Positions 17,824 through 28,631 of a stretch of 44,440 nucleotides of DNA are shown here, in pieces. The first letter of the stretch is position 1, and every line of letters starts with the position of its first letter. The notes beneath the pieces are model-generated. The model saw only the letters and a program-made list of their open reading frames with translations. It made no database searches and was not told the DNA's origin. The translations under genes and the position numbers were made by a program. The stretch is from Clostridia bacterium (GTDB lineage: Bacteria; Bacillota; Clostridia; Christensenellales; CAMQZB01). The DNA lies in contig JAZNLR010000018.1 of assembly GCA_045579195.1 (NCBI GenBank), positions 1 to 44,440 on the forward strand. The letters are read 5' to 3'.

Positions 17824-18927
17824 ATGAAATTGATCTGTGACGGATTGGATATTGCTGATGCAATTGCAAAAGTTTCCAAAGCAATCAGCGCCCACACGAT
17901 GAATCCGATTTTAGAGGGAATTAAAATGCAGGCAATGGGAGATCATCTCATTTTGACTGCAACGAATTTAGAGTTGTCCATTGAAGTAAAGATCAACGCA
18001 GAAGTTCTTCAGGAAGGCCAGACGGTTGCTCCCGGAAAGTACTTCGGAGATTTCGTTCGCAAGCTGACGAATGAGAGAATTATGCTCACTGCAAGCGATG
18101 AAAATCGTTTGAGCATCAAATATATGGATTCGGAAGGAACACTCCAGTGCTTCAATGCAGATGATTTCCCAAAATTGACCAAGATCGAAGAGGGAGAGAT
18201 CATCTCTTTGAAGAAAAAAGACTTAAAAGACATCATTTCTAAGACGATTTTCTCGGTTTTAACAGAAGACACGCGTCCGATCTTGAAAGGATGCCTCTTT
18301 GAGATCAAAGATAACACGTTGACTGCCGTTGCAATCGACGGATATCGCTTGGCAATGGCAAAAAAAGAGCTTTTGAAGACAACGAAGGATATGTCGATCA
18401 TCATTCCTGCGACTTCTTTGAGCGAAATTTCCAAGTTCTTGAGCGACACGGATGAGGAGATCAACCTTTATTTACACAACAACACGTTGATGGTTGAAGT
18501 TGACAACGTCGTTGTCATCACGAGATTGCTCGAAGGTGAATTCATTAAGTACCGTAATATCATTCCGAATGAGTTCTTGACAAGCGTTGTCATTGATAAG
18601 AAGATGTTTGATTCCGGTCTTGACCGTGCTTCCATCGTTTCAAGAATGCTGAAAAACAATATCGTAAGCTTTGATATTAAGGAAAACCTCATCACCATTT
18701 CTTCTGTTTCTGATATCGGAAAGATGAAAGAAAACATCAACATTAAAGAAGAGGGCAAAGATCTGCAGATTTCCTTCAACCCGAGATACTTCCAAGAAGC
18801 AATCAAAGTTGTTGATGATGAATTCATCAAAATGCAATTCAACACCAACACTTCTCCTGCTGTTATCACGCCGGTTGAAGGAGATGATTATCTCTTCTTG
18901 ATTCTGCCGATACGTTTGATGAATTAG
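17824..18927 (+). CDS. dnaN: DNA polymerase III beta sliding clamp
   Basis: PILEGI, ATNLEL, RPILKG, AIDGYRLA, RLLEGEF, FNPRY, LILPIR; SD AGGAGG. Confidence 0.97.
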   Translation: MKLICDGLDIADAIAKVSKAISAHTMNPILEGIKMQAMGDHLILTATNLELSIEVKINAEVLQEGQTVAPGKYFGDFVRKLTNERIMLTASDENRLSIKYMDSEGTLQCFNADDFPKLTKIEEGEIISLKKKDLKDIISKTIFSVLTEDTRPILKGCLFEIKDNTLTAVAIDGYRLAMAKKELLKTTKDMSIIIPATSLSEISKFLSDTDEEINLYLHNNTLMVEVDNVVVITRLLEGEFIKYRNIIPNEFLTSVVIDKKMFDSGLDRASIVSRMLKNNIVSFDIKENLITISSVSDIGKMKENINIKEEGKDLQISFNPRYFQEAIKVVDDEFIKMQFNTNTSPAVITPVEGDDYLFLILPIRLMN

Positions 18928-18988
18928 TTTTATTTTACAAAATGTAAAATAGATTTAGTTTTTTTTAAGCTTTAAACAAATTAATTTT

Positions 18989-19022
18989 TAAAACTCGACT
19001 TTTCATAAGTCGAGTTTTTTTT
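18989..19022 (+). terminator. Intrinsic terminator after dnaN
   Basis: AAAACTCGACTT-TTCAT-AAGTCGAGTTTT followed by a T run. Confidence 0.8.
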
Positions 19023-19309
19023 ATTTTGTCAAAACACTTGATAATAATTGAATTTTAATATATAATGTTTTTGCCAAACAATCTGAATATTCGTAGCAAT
19101 GGGTGTTTTTTCTTTTATAGGAATCGTATACCTTTTTTTGGTAATACCATTAAGAGAACCAAATGAAAAAAATGTGGCTCCTTCTTGATGGTATGGTACA
19201 CCTATACTGCGATGGATTGTTTGGCGACAATTGGAGTCTGCGTTTTTGTGCGTCGACTTTAGTTGGCGCACTTTTTATTTTTAATAAACTTTTGGAGGAA
19301 GAAATTGAA

Positions 19310-20731
19310 ATGAAACGAATTATTGCATTGTTGTTGTCATTATGCATATGCATAAGCGTTGCAACTGTGTTTACAGCTTGTGAGAAGCATGAACATATGT
19401 ATACGGAAATAGAGGCGACAGAAACATTTCTGAAATCATCCGCATCTTGCACAAAGAAAGCCGTTTATTATAAATCTTGTCTATGCGGTGAAATGGGAAC
19501 CGAAACGTTTGAAGCCGGAGAGCTTGGCAAACATAACTTTTCTTCCGCTTGGACAATTGATGAAGAAAAGCATTGGCACGTTTGTGAAACGGAAGGATGT
19601 TCTGCAATCTCAGAAGAAGAAACTCATTCATACATTAACGGTGTTTGCATTTGTGATTATGAAAAGCAAAGAATATCGAAAAAAGAATGGGAAGATGCTT
19701 TTAAATTCGAGAACGTAACGATAAACGAATATGAAATAATTGATCAAGAAAAAGAACTTTCTATGACATATTTGCTTGACGGTGATGACTGTGCGATGAG
19801 TCTTGAAGGGATGATTCTTCCTATGGCAGACTATGCAGAATATTTGCGTGATCGATTTGATTTCTCTCGTTTATATAGTGATATTTCCGGTGAAGATGGT
19901 ACGTATTTCTTAGAAAGTGCTTCGCTGTTTTATGATACGTATAAGTATAAGAACATTACGATTGTGATTGAAAATGACGTTATTATTTCATTGTCGGCAA
20001 TCGTTTTTGAAGAAGATATTGAATATGATGACGAAGGAAATATCATAGGAACAAAGGAGGTTGAAGTCAATCGATACTATGAGTTTGTTAAATACGGAAC
20101 GACAAGCATAGAAATCGATAGTGATTTGCCCATTTCTCAAAGTGAATGGAATGACTTATTTGATGTAGAGAACTTTACGAACATGACGTTAAAACTTGAA
20201 GGTGTCATTCCGGAAAGCGGTTCGCTTGTTTACGAAGATGGAAGTGAAACATATTTAGAATGGACAACAACTATAAAAACAACGGTTTACAATGTCAATG
20301 GAGAATTGAAAATAACACTTGACAGTGTAAGTGCAGACCGGTCCGATATCATTACATTCTTTTTATATGATGAAATGTACTTAGTGGATGATATTTGGTA
20401 TGGTTATAAAATTGATGAACAAGAATATTTCGAAATTGATATAATGTCTGATTCGCAGGAATCGCAGGCAGCTGGGAGATACGATGACTTTTTAGATATC
20501 TTGTCTTCGTTACAAATGCCGTATATCTATATTAGCTTATCGTACGATAGCGAAAACGATGTATACTATATCGGGGATGAAGAATTGATGATCTACGTAA
20601 AAGTGAAAAACGGTCGTCTTTATTCGATTACAAATGAGCTTTCGTTTGACGGAACAGTGACGTCACTTACGTACACGGTTTCTAATTATGGAACGACCGC
20701 ACCGTTTACGGTTCCGTTTGAAGTAAATTAA
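19310..20731 (+). CDS. Acidic, AT-rich lipoprotein with a Cys/His-rich N-terminal region and a duplicated domain
   Basis: SD GGAGGA then MKRIIALLLSLCICISVATVFTAC (lipobox); CLCG, HWHVC, CICD motifs; start placed at 19310 rather than 19163. Confidence 0.75.
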   Translation: MKRIIALLLSLCICISVATVFTACEKHEHMYTEIEATETFLKSSASCTKKAVYYKSCLCGEMGTETFEAGELGKHNFSSAWTIDEEKHWHVCETEGCSAISEEETHSYINGVCICDYEKQRISKKEWEDAFKFENVTINEYEIIDQEKELSMTYLLDGDDCAMSLEGMILPMADYAEYLRDRFDFSRLYSDISGEDGTYFLESASLFYDTYKYKNITIVIENDVIISLSAIVFEEDIEYDDEGNIIGTKEVEVNRYYEFVKYGTTSIEIDSDLPISQSEWNDLFDVENFTNMTLKLEGVIPESGSLVYEDGSETYLEWTTTIKTTVYNVNGELKITLDSVSADRSDIITFFLYDEMYLVDDIWYGYKIDEQEYFEIDIMSDSQESQAAGRYDDFLDILSSLQMPYIYISLSYDSENDVYYIGDEELMIYVKVKNGRLYSITNELSFDGTVTSLTYTVSNYGTTAPFTVPFEVN

Positions 20732-20761
20732 TTTTTTTGAAATCAATTAAATTTTAGCAAC

Positions 20762-20810
20762 AAAAAAGCCTACTTTGTTTCGTTACTTGTGAAGCAAAGT
20801 AGGCTTTTTT
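20762..20810 (+). terminator. Intrinsic terminator after the lipoprotein gene
   Basis: AAAAAAGCCTACTTTG...CAAAGTAGGCTTTTTT. Confidence 0.8.
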
Positions 20811-20944
20811 AAGTAATTTTATGTGAAAGAAAAATAAACTCGATTTTGATAAAAAGATTTCAGACAGAAATCGACAAAATATGAAAAAGTGTTGAAATTG
20901 TGATGGGATTATAGTAAAATAAAAGAAAAACGAACGAGTGGAAG

Positions 20945-22222
20945 ATGAAAATCAAAGTAAAAGAAGCAAAGTTTGAAGACTTTCTGAAAATAGTGCCGGA
21001 AAAAAGCGGAAAATTGAGAAAGCCGAGCAGTTTGTTCCGCCTGCTCGTTCGCATTCTTGCCATTCCGGAGCTTTTGAAAACGCGTTTTTCTTACACAAAA
21101 AAGAGAATGGATGAAGTGAAGGGAAAGCCTTGTTTGATTTTGATGAATCATTCGAGTTTTTTGGATCTGAAGATCGCATCCAAACTGTTTTTCGGGAGAA
21201 GATATTTCATCATTACAACGTCAGACGGATTTGTCGGAAAAGAGTGGCTAATGAGAAAATTAGGGTGTATTCCAACCAAGAAGTTTACAACCGAATTATC
21301 CCTCGTTCAAGCCATGAAAAGTGCGGTCAATGATCACAAGGGAAGCATTCTTCTCTTTCCTGAGGCAAGTTACACGTTTGACGGCTGCGCAACACCCCTT
21401 CCAAAGAGCGTTGGAACGTTCATCAAGACGTTAAAAATTCCTGTCGTCACCGTTATCACAAAGGGTGCGTTCCTCTATCAGCCGCTTTACAACAATTTGC
21501 GCATTCGCAAGACAAAAGTGAGCGCAGAGGTGCAATGTCTTTTGAATGAAGAGGAAATTGCAGAACTTTCAGCGGAAGAGATCAATGAAAAGCTGTTTGA
21601 CGTCTTCACGTTTGACGGATTTCAGCAGCAGATCGAAACAAAAACAGTCATTGACGATCCCAACCGTGCCGAAGGGCTTCACCGCGTTTTATACCGTTGT
21701 CCTCGTTGTCTCTCAGAGGGAACGACAAAGGGAGAAGGAACAAGCATCTCCTGTTCAAACTGTGGCACAATTTACGATATGGACGTATACGGGCGCTTAA
21801 AAGCGCGCGAAGGTGTGACTGAGTTTGAACACATTCCCGATTGGTTCAAATGGGAGCGCGCATGCGTTAAAACTGAAATTGAAGGGGGGGCGTACCGCTT
21901 TGAAGACGAGGTTGACGTTGCTGCAATGGCGGATTTCAGCGCAATCTACCGCGTCGGAACGGGAAGATTGACGCATTCAGAAGAGGGTTTCTTTGTGGAG
22001 GGATGTGATGGGGCGTTGAGCTTCAAAAAATCACCGTTGGAGTCATATGGGTTGTATGCAGACTACAATTGGTATGAGCTCGGAGACATCGTTTCATTGG
22101 AAAACCAAGGGCGAGTCTATTACTGTTTTCCGAAGAAAGAAAATGTGGTGGCAAAATTGAGATTTGCAGCAGAGGAGCTGTATAAGATCAAGAAAGCGCA
22201 GATCAAAAAGAGAAAAGGATAA
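20945..22222 (+). CDS. PlsC-like 1-acyl-sn-glycerol-3-phosphate acyltransferase family protein with a zinc-ribbon-like region
   Basis: NHSSFLD, FPEA, IPVV; CPRC...CSNC. Confidence 0.85.
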   Translation: MKIKVKEAKFEDFLKIVPEKSGKLRKPSSLFRLLVRILAIPELLKTRFSYTKKRMDEVKGKPCLILMNHSSFLDLKIASKLFFGRRYFIITTSDGFVGKEWLMRKLGCIPTKKFTTELSLVQAMKSAVNDHKGSILLFPEASYTFDGCATPLPKSVGTFIKTLKIPVVTVITKGAFLYQPLYNNLRIRKTKVSAEVQCLLNEEEIAELSAEEINEKLFDVFTFDGFQQQIETKTVIDDPNRAEGLHRVLYRCPRCLSEGTTKGEGTSISCSNCGTIYDMDVYGRLKAREGVTEFEHIPDWFKWERACVKTEIEGGAYRFEDEVDVAAMADFSAIYRVGTGRLTHSEEGFFVEGCDGALSFKKSPLESYGLYADYNWYELGDIVSLENQGRVYYCFPKKENVVAKLRFAAEELYKIKKAQIKKRKG

Positions 22223-22228
22223 AAAAGA

Positions 22229-22257
22229 AAGGAAGCAGTTTTTGCTTCCTTTTTTTA
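22229..22257. terminator. Bidirectional terminator
   Basis: AAGGAAGCA-GTTTT-TGCTTCCTT between convergent genes. Confidence 0.7.
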
Positions 22258-22293
22258 TACACAAATGAGAAATGGTTGTTGAAAACCTTTGCC

Positions 22294-23022
22294 TTAAGCC
22301 GCAGCAACAGCTGCAATTGCGTTTTGGATGATCGTGGGAACGTCGATGTTGGAAACGAGAAGACGGCCAACGATGTTGATGTTGTCAACCTGGCGAACGA
22401 TAGCAGAAGCCTCATAGAGCTCGGTGACGGCAGGAATGATGCCGGACGTCAAGAAGAACGAGCCAATGGAGAGGAGAAGGAAAAAGACCAACGCACCTCT
22501 TGCAGCGTTCACAACGAAGCCCAAAATCTGCGAGAAGATGGGAACTTTCGGAAATTTGATGTTCTTGAAAATGTTCAAGATCAGCGTGACGATCGCATGA
22601 ATGATAGAGTAACAAAGAATGGTGACGAGCAAGGTCACTAAGTACCGCATCAGAACGGGACCAACAAGCTCAGCAAATGTCATTGCTTCGCCTGCATACG
22701 AAGCGATTGCCGCTTCAGCAATGGGTTTTGCGAGGTAAGACGGGAGGAGGGCAAGAAGATCTGCTTCCAAGGATGCTGCGGAGACGGCAGCGGTGAAGGG
22801 AGCAAACTTGCCAAGAAGACCGGTTGAGACCTTATTGATGAGGCCGGCAAGGAAATCGATTCCGAAAATGTAATTCACGGCGAGTTTCGCAACAAGAAGG
22901 CCGAGGAAAAGCGAGCCCGCAAAGCCGACAAGCTGCAAAAGGGGCTTGAACATACCGCGGAAAATTCCGATCAATGCAAAGAGACCGACAAAGCCCAAAA
23001 AAACAAGATCTAAAACGTTCAT
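22294..23022 (-). CDS. CvpA (colicin V production) family membrane protein
   Basis: N-terminal LDLVFL...GIFRG, QILGFVVNAARG, several TM segments. Confidence 0.7.
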   Translation of the reverse strand: MNVLDLVFLGFVGLFALIGIFRGMFKPLLQLVGFAGSLFLGLLVAKLAVNYIFGIDFLAGLINKVSTGLLGKFAPFTAAVSAASLEADLLALLPSYLAKPIAEAAIASYAGEAMTFAELVGPVLMRYLVTLLVTILCYSIIHAIVTLILNIFKNIKFPKVPIFSQILGFVVNAARGALVFFLLLSIGSFFLTSGIIPAVTELYEASAIVRQVDNINIVGRLLVSNIDVPTIIQNAIAAVAAA

Positions 23023-23208
23023 TTGATTCCTCCGAACGAAAAATTTGCAAAAGGTGATTCTATATTTCTTATTATATCATAAAATCTCGAAAAGTCAATT
23101 AAACGCAAAAGAGAGAATGAACAGTTTTTCTTCTGCGAAAAAATTGCGACAAAACAGTATATTCCCAAAAAACGCGGATATAATCTCCCAAAAAACGAGG
23201 AGATTCGA

Positions 23209-23754
23209 ATGGAAGGGATCCATATATATTCCAACGTTTGCAAAAAGTACTTAAAAGAAGAGTTGAAAAGGCGGTTTTCGGAGAGCAGAAAGCCGCCTGT
23301 TATCGTGTGCATCGGAAGCGACCGCGTGACCGGAGATTGTTTGGGGCCGATCACGGGGGAGTTGCTCAAAGAGCGTGGCATCCCAACGTTCGTTTACGGA
23401 ACTCTGAAACAGACGGTAAGCGCAAAAGAGGCGCGCATTTTGGGAGAATTTTTGAAAAAAGTGCATCCGGGAAGGAAGATCCTTGCAGTCGACGCCGCCA
23501 TTGGCAAGGAGGAAGACGTTGGAAAAGTCCGCGTTGTGCGCGGCGGCGTCAAACCGGGTGCAGGTGCAAACAAGGATCTGCCGCGCGTGGGGGACGTTTC
23601 CGTGATGGGCGTGGTAAATTTCGGAAGCTTTCTTGATTTTGCCTTGCTCAAAGCGACAAAACTTGGGTTTGTTCGCTTAATGGCGGAAGAAATTGCCGGC
23701 GCAATTGAGGAATTTCTTGCCGAATCCGCTCTCATTTTCCAAAAAAACGGATGA
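23209..23754 (+). CDS. yyaC: Spore protease YyaC family protein
   Basis: CIGSDRVTGDCLGP, VYGTL, AVDAAIG, PGAGANKDLPRVGD. Confidence 0.9.
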   Translation: MEGIHIYSNVCKKYLKEELKRRFSESRKPPVIVCIGSDRVTGDCLGPITGELLKERGIPTFVYGTLKQTVSAKEARILGEFLKKVHPGRKILAVDAAIGKEEDVGKVRVVRGGVKPGAGANKDLPRVGDVSVMGVVNFGSFLDFALLKATKLGFVRLMAEEIAGAIEEFLAESALIFQKNG

Positions 23755-23924
23755 AAATGTGAAAAGAATATGAGGAAAGTTTGAGTTTTGTGTGACTTGG
23801 GCTTCATTTGTGTCGATTGGCTTGATAAACTCTTTTTTTTGTGTTACAATATCCGCGAAATCAAAAATGAAAAAACCGTGTGTCGGAAAGCTTCCGACAT
23901 AACGAAACGGAGGATTTTGGAAAA

Positions 23925-25895
<1,971 letters not shown>

Positions 25896-25992
25896 CTGAA
25901 ACAAAAAACACTTTGCGCACAGAGAGGAAACTTTTTGTGCGCTCTTCTTTTGAAAAGAGGACAAAATCGAAAAAAACGTGTATAATAAGGGC

Positions 25993-27105
25993 ATGAGAGA
26001 ACAAAAAAGGAAACAATCTAATCTGGTCGCCGTCTGCGCCGTTCTTTCCGCGCTCTTTGCGGTCTCGCTGGTCGTTTTGGGCATACTCAAAAAAGATGCC
26101 GCACTCTGCGAACGCATCACGCGCGGCCTTTCGCGCAAGATCACGACCTTCTTTTCCCGCCTTACGGACACGTTTTCCTTCTCCCTCTTTGAATGGATCT
26201 ATGTCCTGCTTCTGCTCGGCGCAGTCACGTTCGTCGTCTTCGGCATCGTGATGCTGATCAAGGGGAAGCACAGGCGCGTTTTGAGAACAGCTGCCGTCAT
26301 CTTGGCGGTGGCACTCGGCGTCATCAACGCATATCAGCTGGCGTGCGGGTTTGCCTACAACCGCGCCCCGCTTTACGAGGCGCTTTCCCTGCCTTCCGTG
26401 ACGGTGGATGCAGAGCTGATGGACGATGCCGCCGTGTTTTACGTGGAATCCTTGAACGCCCTTGCGGACGAAGTGGAGCGCGATGAGAGCGGGAACATCC
26501 GGCTTCCCTGGAGCTTTTCCGAGCTTGCGGACGTCTTGAAGAAGGAGTACGCACGGCTTGCGGACAATGCGTACTTCAATCCGTACACCCCCACCGCAAA
26601 GCCCATTTTGCTCAGCGTTCCCATGACGTACACGAAGATCACGGGCATCTATCAGAGTCTTACGGGGGAAGCCAACGTCAACACCAACATCCCGCCGTAC
26701 GACCTTCCCGTCACGATGGCGCATGAGCTTGCCCACGCAAAGGGCGTGATGCGGGAGAACGAGGCAAACTTCCTTGCCTACTTTTTGCTCATCACCTCAA
26801 AAGACCCCACCTTGCGGTACTGCGGGCTGATGTGCGCGGTGAATTCGTCTGTGGTCGCGCTGTACGATGCGGACGCGCCCGAGCGCTTTTACGAGGTGCG
26901 GGACAGCATCTCCCCCCTCGTTCGGCAGGAGTTTCAGAACTATTCGGAGCATTTCGACCGCTATGACGGCATCATTGACGAAATCTCCTCCTTCTTTAAC
27001 GATCTATATCTCAAATCTTCAGGGGTGAAAGAAGGGGAGAAGAGTTACTCCATGACCGATCGCTTCCTTGCCGGGCTCTATGTGATGCTCACAGAAAATG
27101 TTTGA
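25993..27105 (+). CDS. DUF3810 family membrane-anchored putative zinc metallopeptidase
   Basis: FSFSLFE, TGEANVN, HELAH..G..RENEANF. Confidence 0.8.
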   Translation: MREQKRKQSNLVAVCAVLSALFAVSLVVLGILKKDAALCERITRGLSRKITTFFSRLTDTFSFSLFEWIYVLLLLGAVTFVVFGIVMLIKGKHRRVLRTAAVILAVALGVINAYQLACGFAYNRAPLYEALSLPSVTVDAELMDDAAVFYVESLNALADEVERDESGNIRLPWSFSELADVLKKEYARLADNAYFNPYTPTAKPILLSVPMTYTKITGIYQSLTGEANVNTNIPPYDLPVTMAHELAHAKGVMRENEANFLAYFLLITSKDPTLRYCGLMCAVNSSVVALYDADAPERFYEVRDSISPLVRQEFQNYSEHFDRYDGIIDEISSFFNDLYLKSSGVKEGEKSYSMTDRFLAGLYVMLTENV

Positions 27106-27162
27106 TTCCAAACTGTTAGAAATCTAATCGTTTCGCGCGAAATTCGCGCAAAAGGAGAACAA

Positions 27163-28389
27163 ATGAAGCTCATCATCATCGGTGGCGGCGCGGCAGGACT
27201 CACCGCCGCAATCGCAGCAAAACGGAAAGCCCCCTTGGCGGACGTTATCATTTTGGAGGGGAACGACCGTGTCGGGCGCAAGCTCAACGCAACGGGAAAC
27301 GGAAGGGGAAACCTCTCCAATCTCGATGCGGATGGCGCACATTACCACGGCGAGGAAAATCTTGCGCGTGGCGTTCTTGCGGCATTTCCGCTTTCCGAAA
27401 CGCTGGATTTTTTCCACAGCATCGGCATCGAGGTGACCGAGGAGGAGAAGAAGCTCTATCCCTGCGGGCTGCAGGCGTCCTCCCTTACGGATGCACTTCG
27501 GTTTGAATGCGAGAAGCTGGGCGTGAAGACCCTCTTGGGCGTTCACGTTCACACCCTTTCCTTTGATGGAAAGAGGAATTCCTTTGTTCTCACCGCCGAG
27601 GATGGCGCAAAGCACGTTGCAGACCGCGTGATCGTTGCAACGGGCGGTGCGGCCGCGCCCCACACGGGTTCTGACGGCAATGGGTACGCGCTGTTGGAGG
27701 GCTTTGGGCACAGCAAGACCGAGATCTTGCCTGCGCTCGTTCAGCTCAAGGCAGACAGCCCTTTTAAGACCCTCAAGGGGATCAAGACGGAGGTTCGCGC
27801 AACGCTGGTGACGGGCGGATCGTACGGCGTGTTCTCGGAAGGGGAGATCCACTTCGCAGATTATGGACTAAGCGGCCCCGTCATCTTTGCGATCTCTTCC
27901 CACGTTTCGCGCGCAAACGCGGAAGGGATGAAGTGTGAAGTTGCGTTGGATTTCTTCCCCAATCTTTCGGTGGAGCGCCTTCGCGAGCGCTTGACCGAGC
28001 GAAAAAACCTCTTGGAAAACAGACCGCTTGAACACTTCTTTGCCGGCCTTTTGAATAAGCAGGTCGGGCGCCTTGCACTCAAGGTGTGCGGATTCGACAA
28101 AGATCGCGCGGTGAAGAGCCTCACGTCCAACGAGATCGAGATCCTTGCGCGCAGGCTCAAGGATTGGCACGTTCCCGTGTCAGGAACGGCGGGCTTTGCG
28201 TACGCTCAGGTGACGGCAGGTGGCGTTCTTCTTGCGGAGTTTTCGGAAACGCTGGAGTCCAAGAAACAAAAGGGGCTCTATGCCGCAGGTGAGATCTTGA
28301 ACGTGGACGGCGATTGCGGCGGCTTCAATCTGCAATGGGCGTGGTCGTCGGGAACGGTCGCAGGACGTGCGGCGGTCTCGGTTTTGTGA
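27163..28389 (+). CDS. BaiN/HI0933-family flavoprotein oxidoreductase
   Basis: GGGAAG, GRKLNATGNGRGN, ATGG, GSDGNG, VTAGGV, GEILNVDGDCGGFNLQWAWSSG. Confidence 0.92.
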   Translation: MKLIIIGGGAAGLTAAIAAKRKAPLADVIILEGNDRVGRKLNATGNGRGNLSNLDADGAHYHGEENLARGVLAAFPLSETLDFFHSIGIEVTEEEKKLYPCGLQASSLTDALRFECEKLGVKTLLGVHVHTLSFDGKRNSFVLTAEDGAKHVADRVIVATGGAAAPHTGSDGNGYALLEGFGHSKTEILPALVQLKADSPFKTLKGIKTEVRATLVTGGSYGVFSEGEIHFADYGLSGPVIFAISSHVSRANAEGMKCEVALDFFPNLSVERLRERLTERKNLLENRPLEHFFAGLLNKQVGRLALKVCGFDKDRAVKSLTSNEIEILARRLKDWHVPVSGTAGFAYAQVTAGGVLLAEFSETLESKKQKGLYAAGEILNVDGDCGGFNLQWAWSSGTVAGRAAVSVL

Positions 28390-28459
28390 AAAAGGGTGCA
28401 TTTTGTTGACAGCTCTGAAAAAAAAGAGTATGATGAAGAAAAAACGAAGGAATTTTGCA

Positions 28460-28537
28460 ATGAAAAAGCTTTTTAACAGCGGATATGCCTATTATTTCCC
28501 CAACGATTACCGTCTGGGTTTTTTGGCGTTGCTGTGA
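28460..28537 (+). CDS. Putative aroF leader peptide, 25 aa: MKKLFNSGYAYYFPNDYRLGFLALL
   Basis: Manual translation; 4 Tyr + 3 Phe; SD-like AAGGA upstream; precedes a terminator and aroF. Confidence 0.75.
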   Translation: MKKLFNSGYAYYFPNDYRLGFLALL

Positions 28538-28574
28538 AAAGAGAGGAAGCAAAGTTCGAAGCGATCGAAACGAT

Positions 28575-28611
28575 AAGCCGACGTTCTCATTCACAGGACG
28601 GCGGCTTTTTT
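28575..28611 (+). terminator. Attenuator terminator upstream of aroF
   Basis: AAGCCG-A-CGTTCT / AGGACG-G-CGGCTT stem followed by a T run, 20 nt before the aroF ATG. Confidence 0.75.
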
Positions 28612-28631
28612 AATTGCAAAGGAGAGATGGC

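Noticed and set aside
17400-17897. Short ORFs in oriC as a dnaA remnant
   Set aside because: Low-complexity AT-rich translations with no AAA+ or domain IV similarity visible
28440-28611. T-box riboswitch before aroF
   Set aside because: No GGTGGNACCGCG T-box sequence or recognisable stem I motifs; a leader peptide explains the region better
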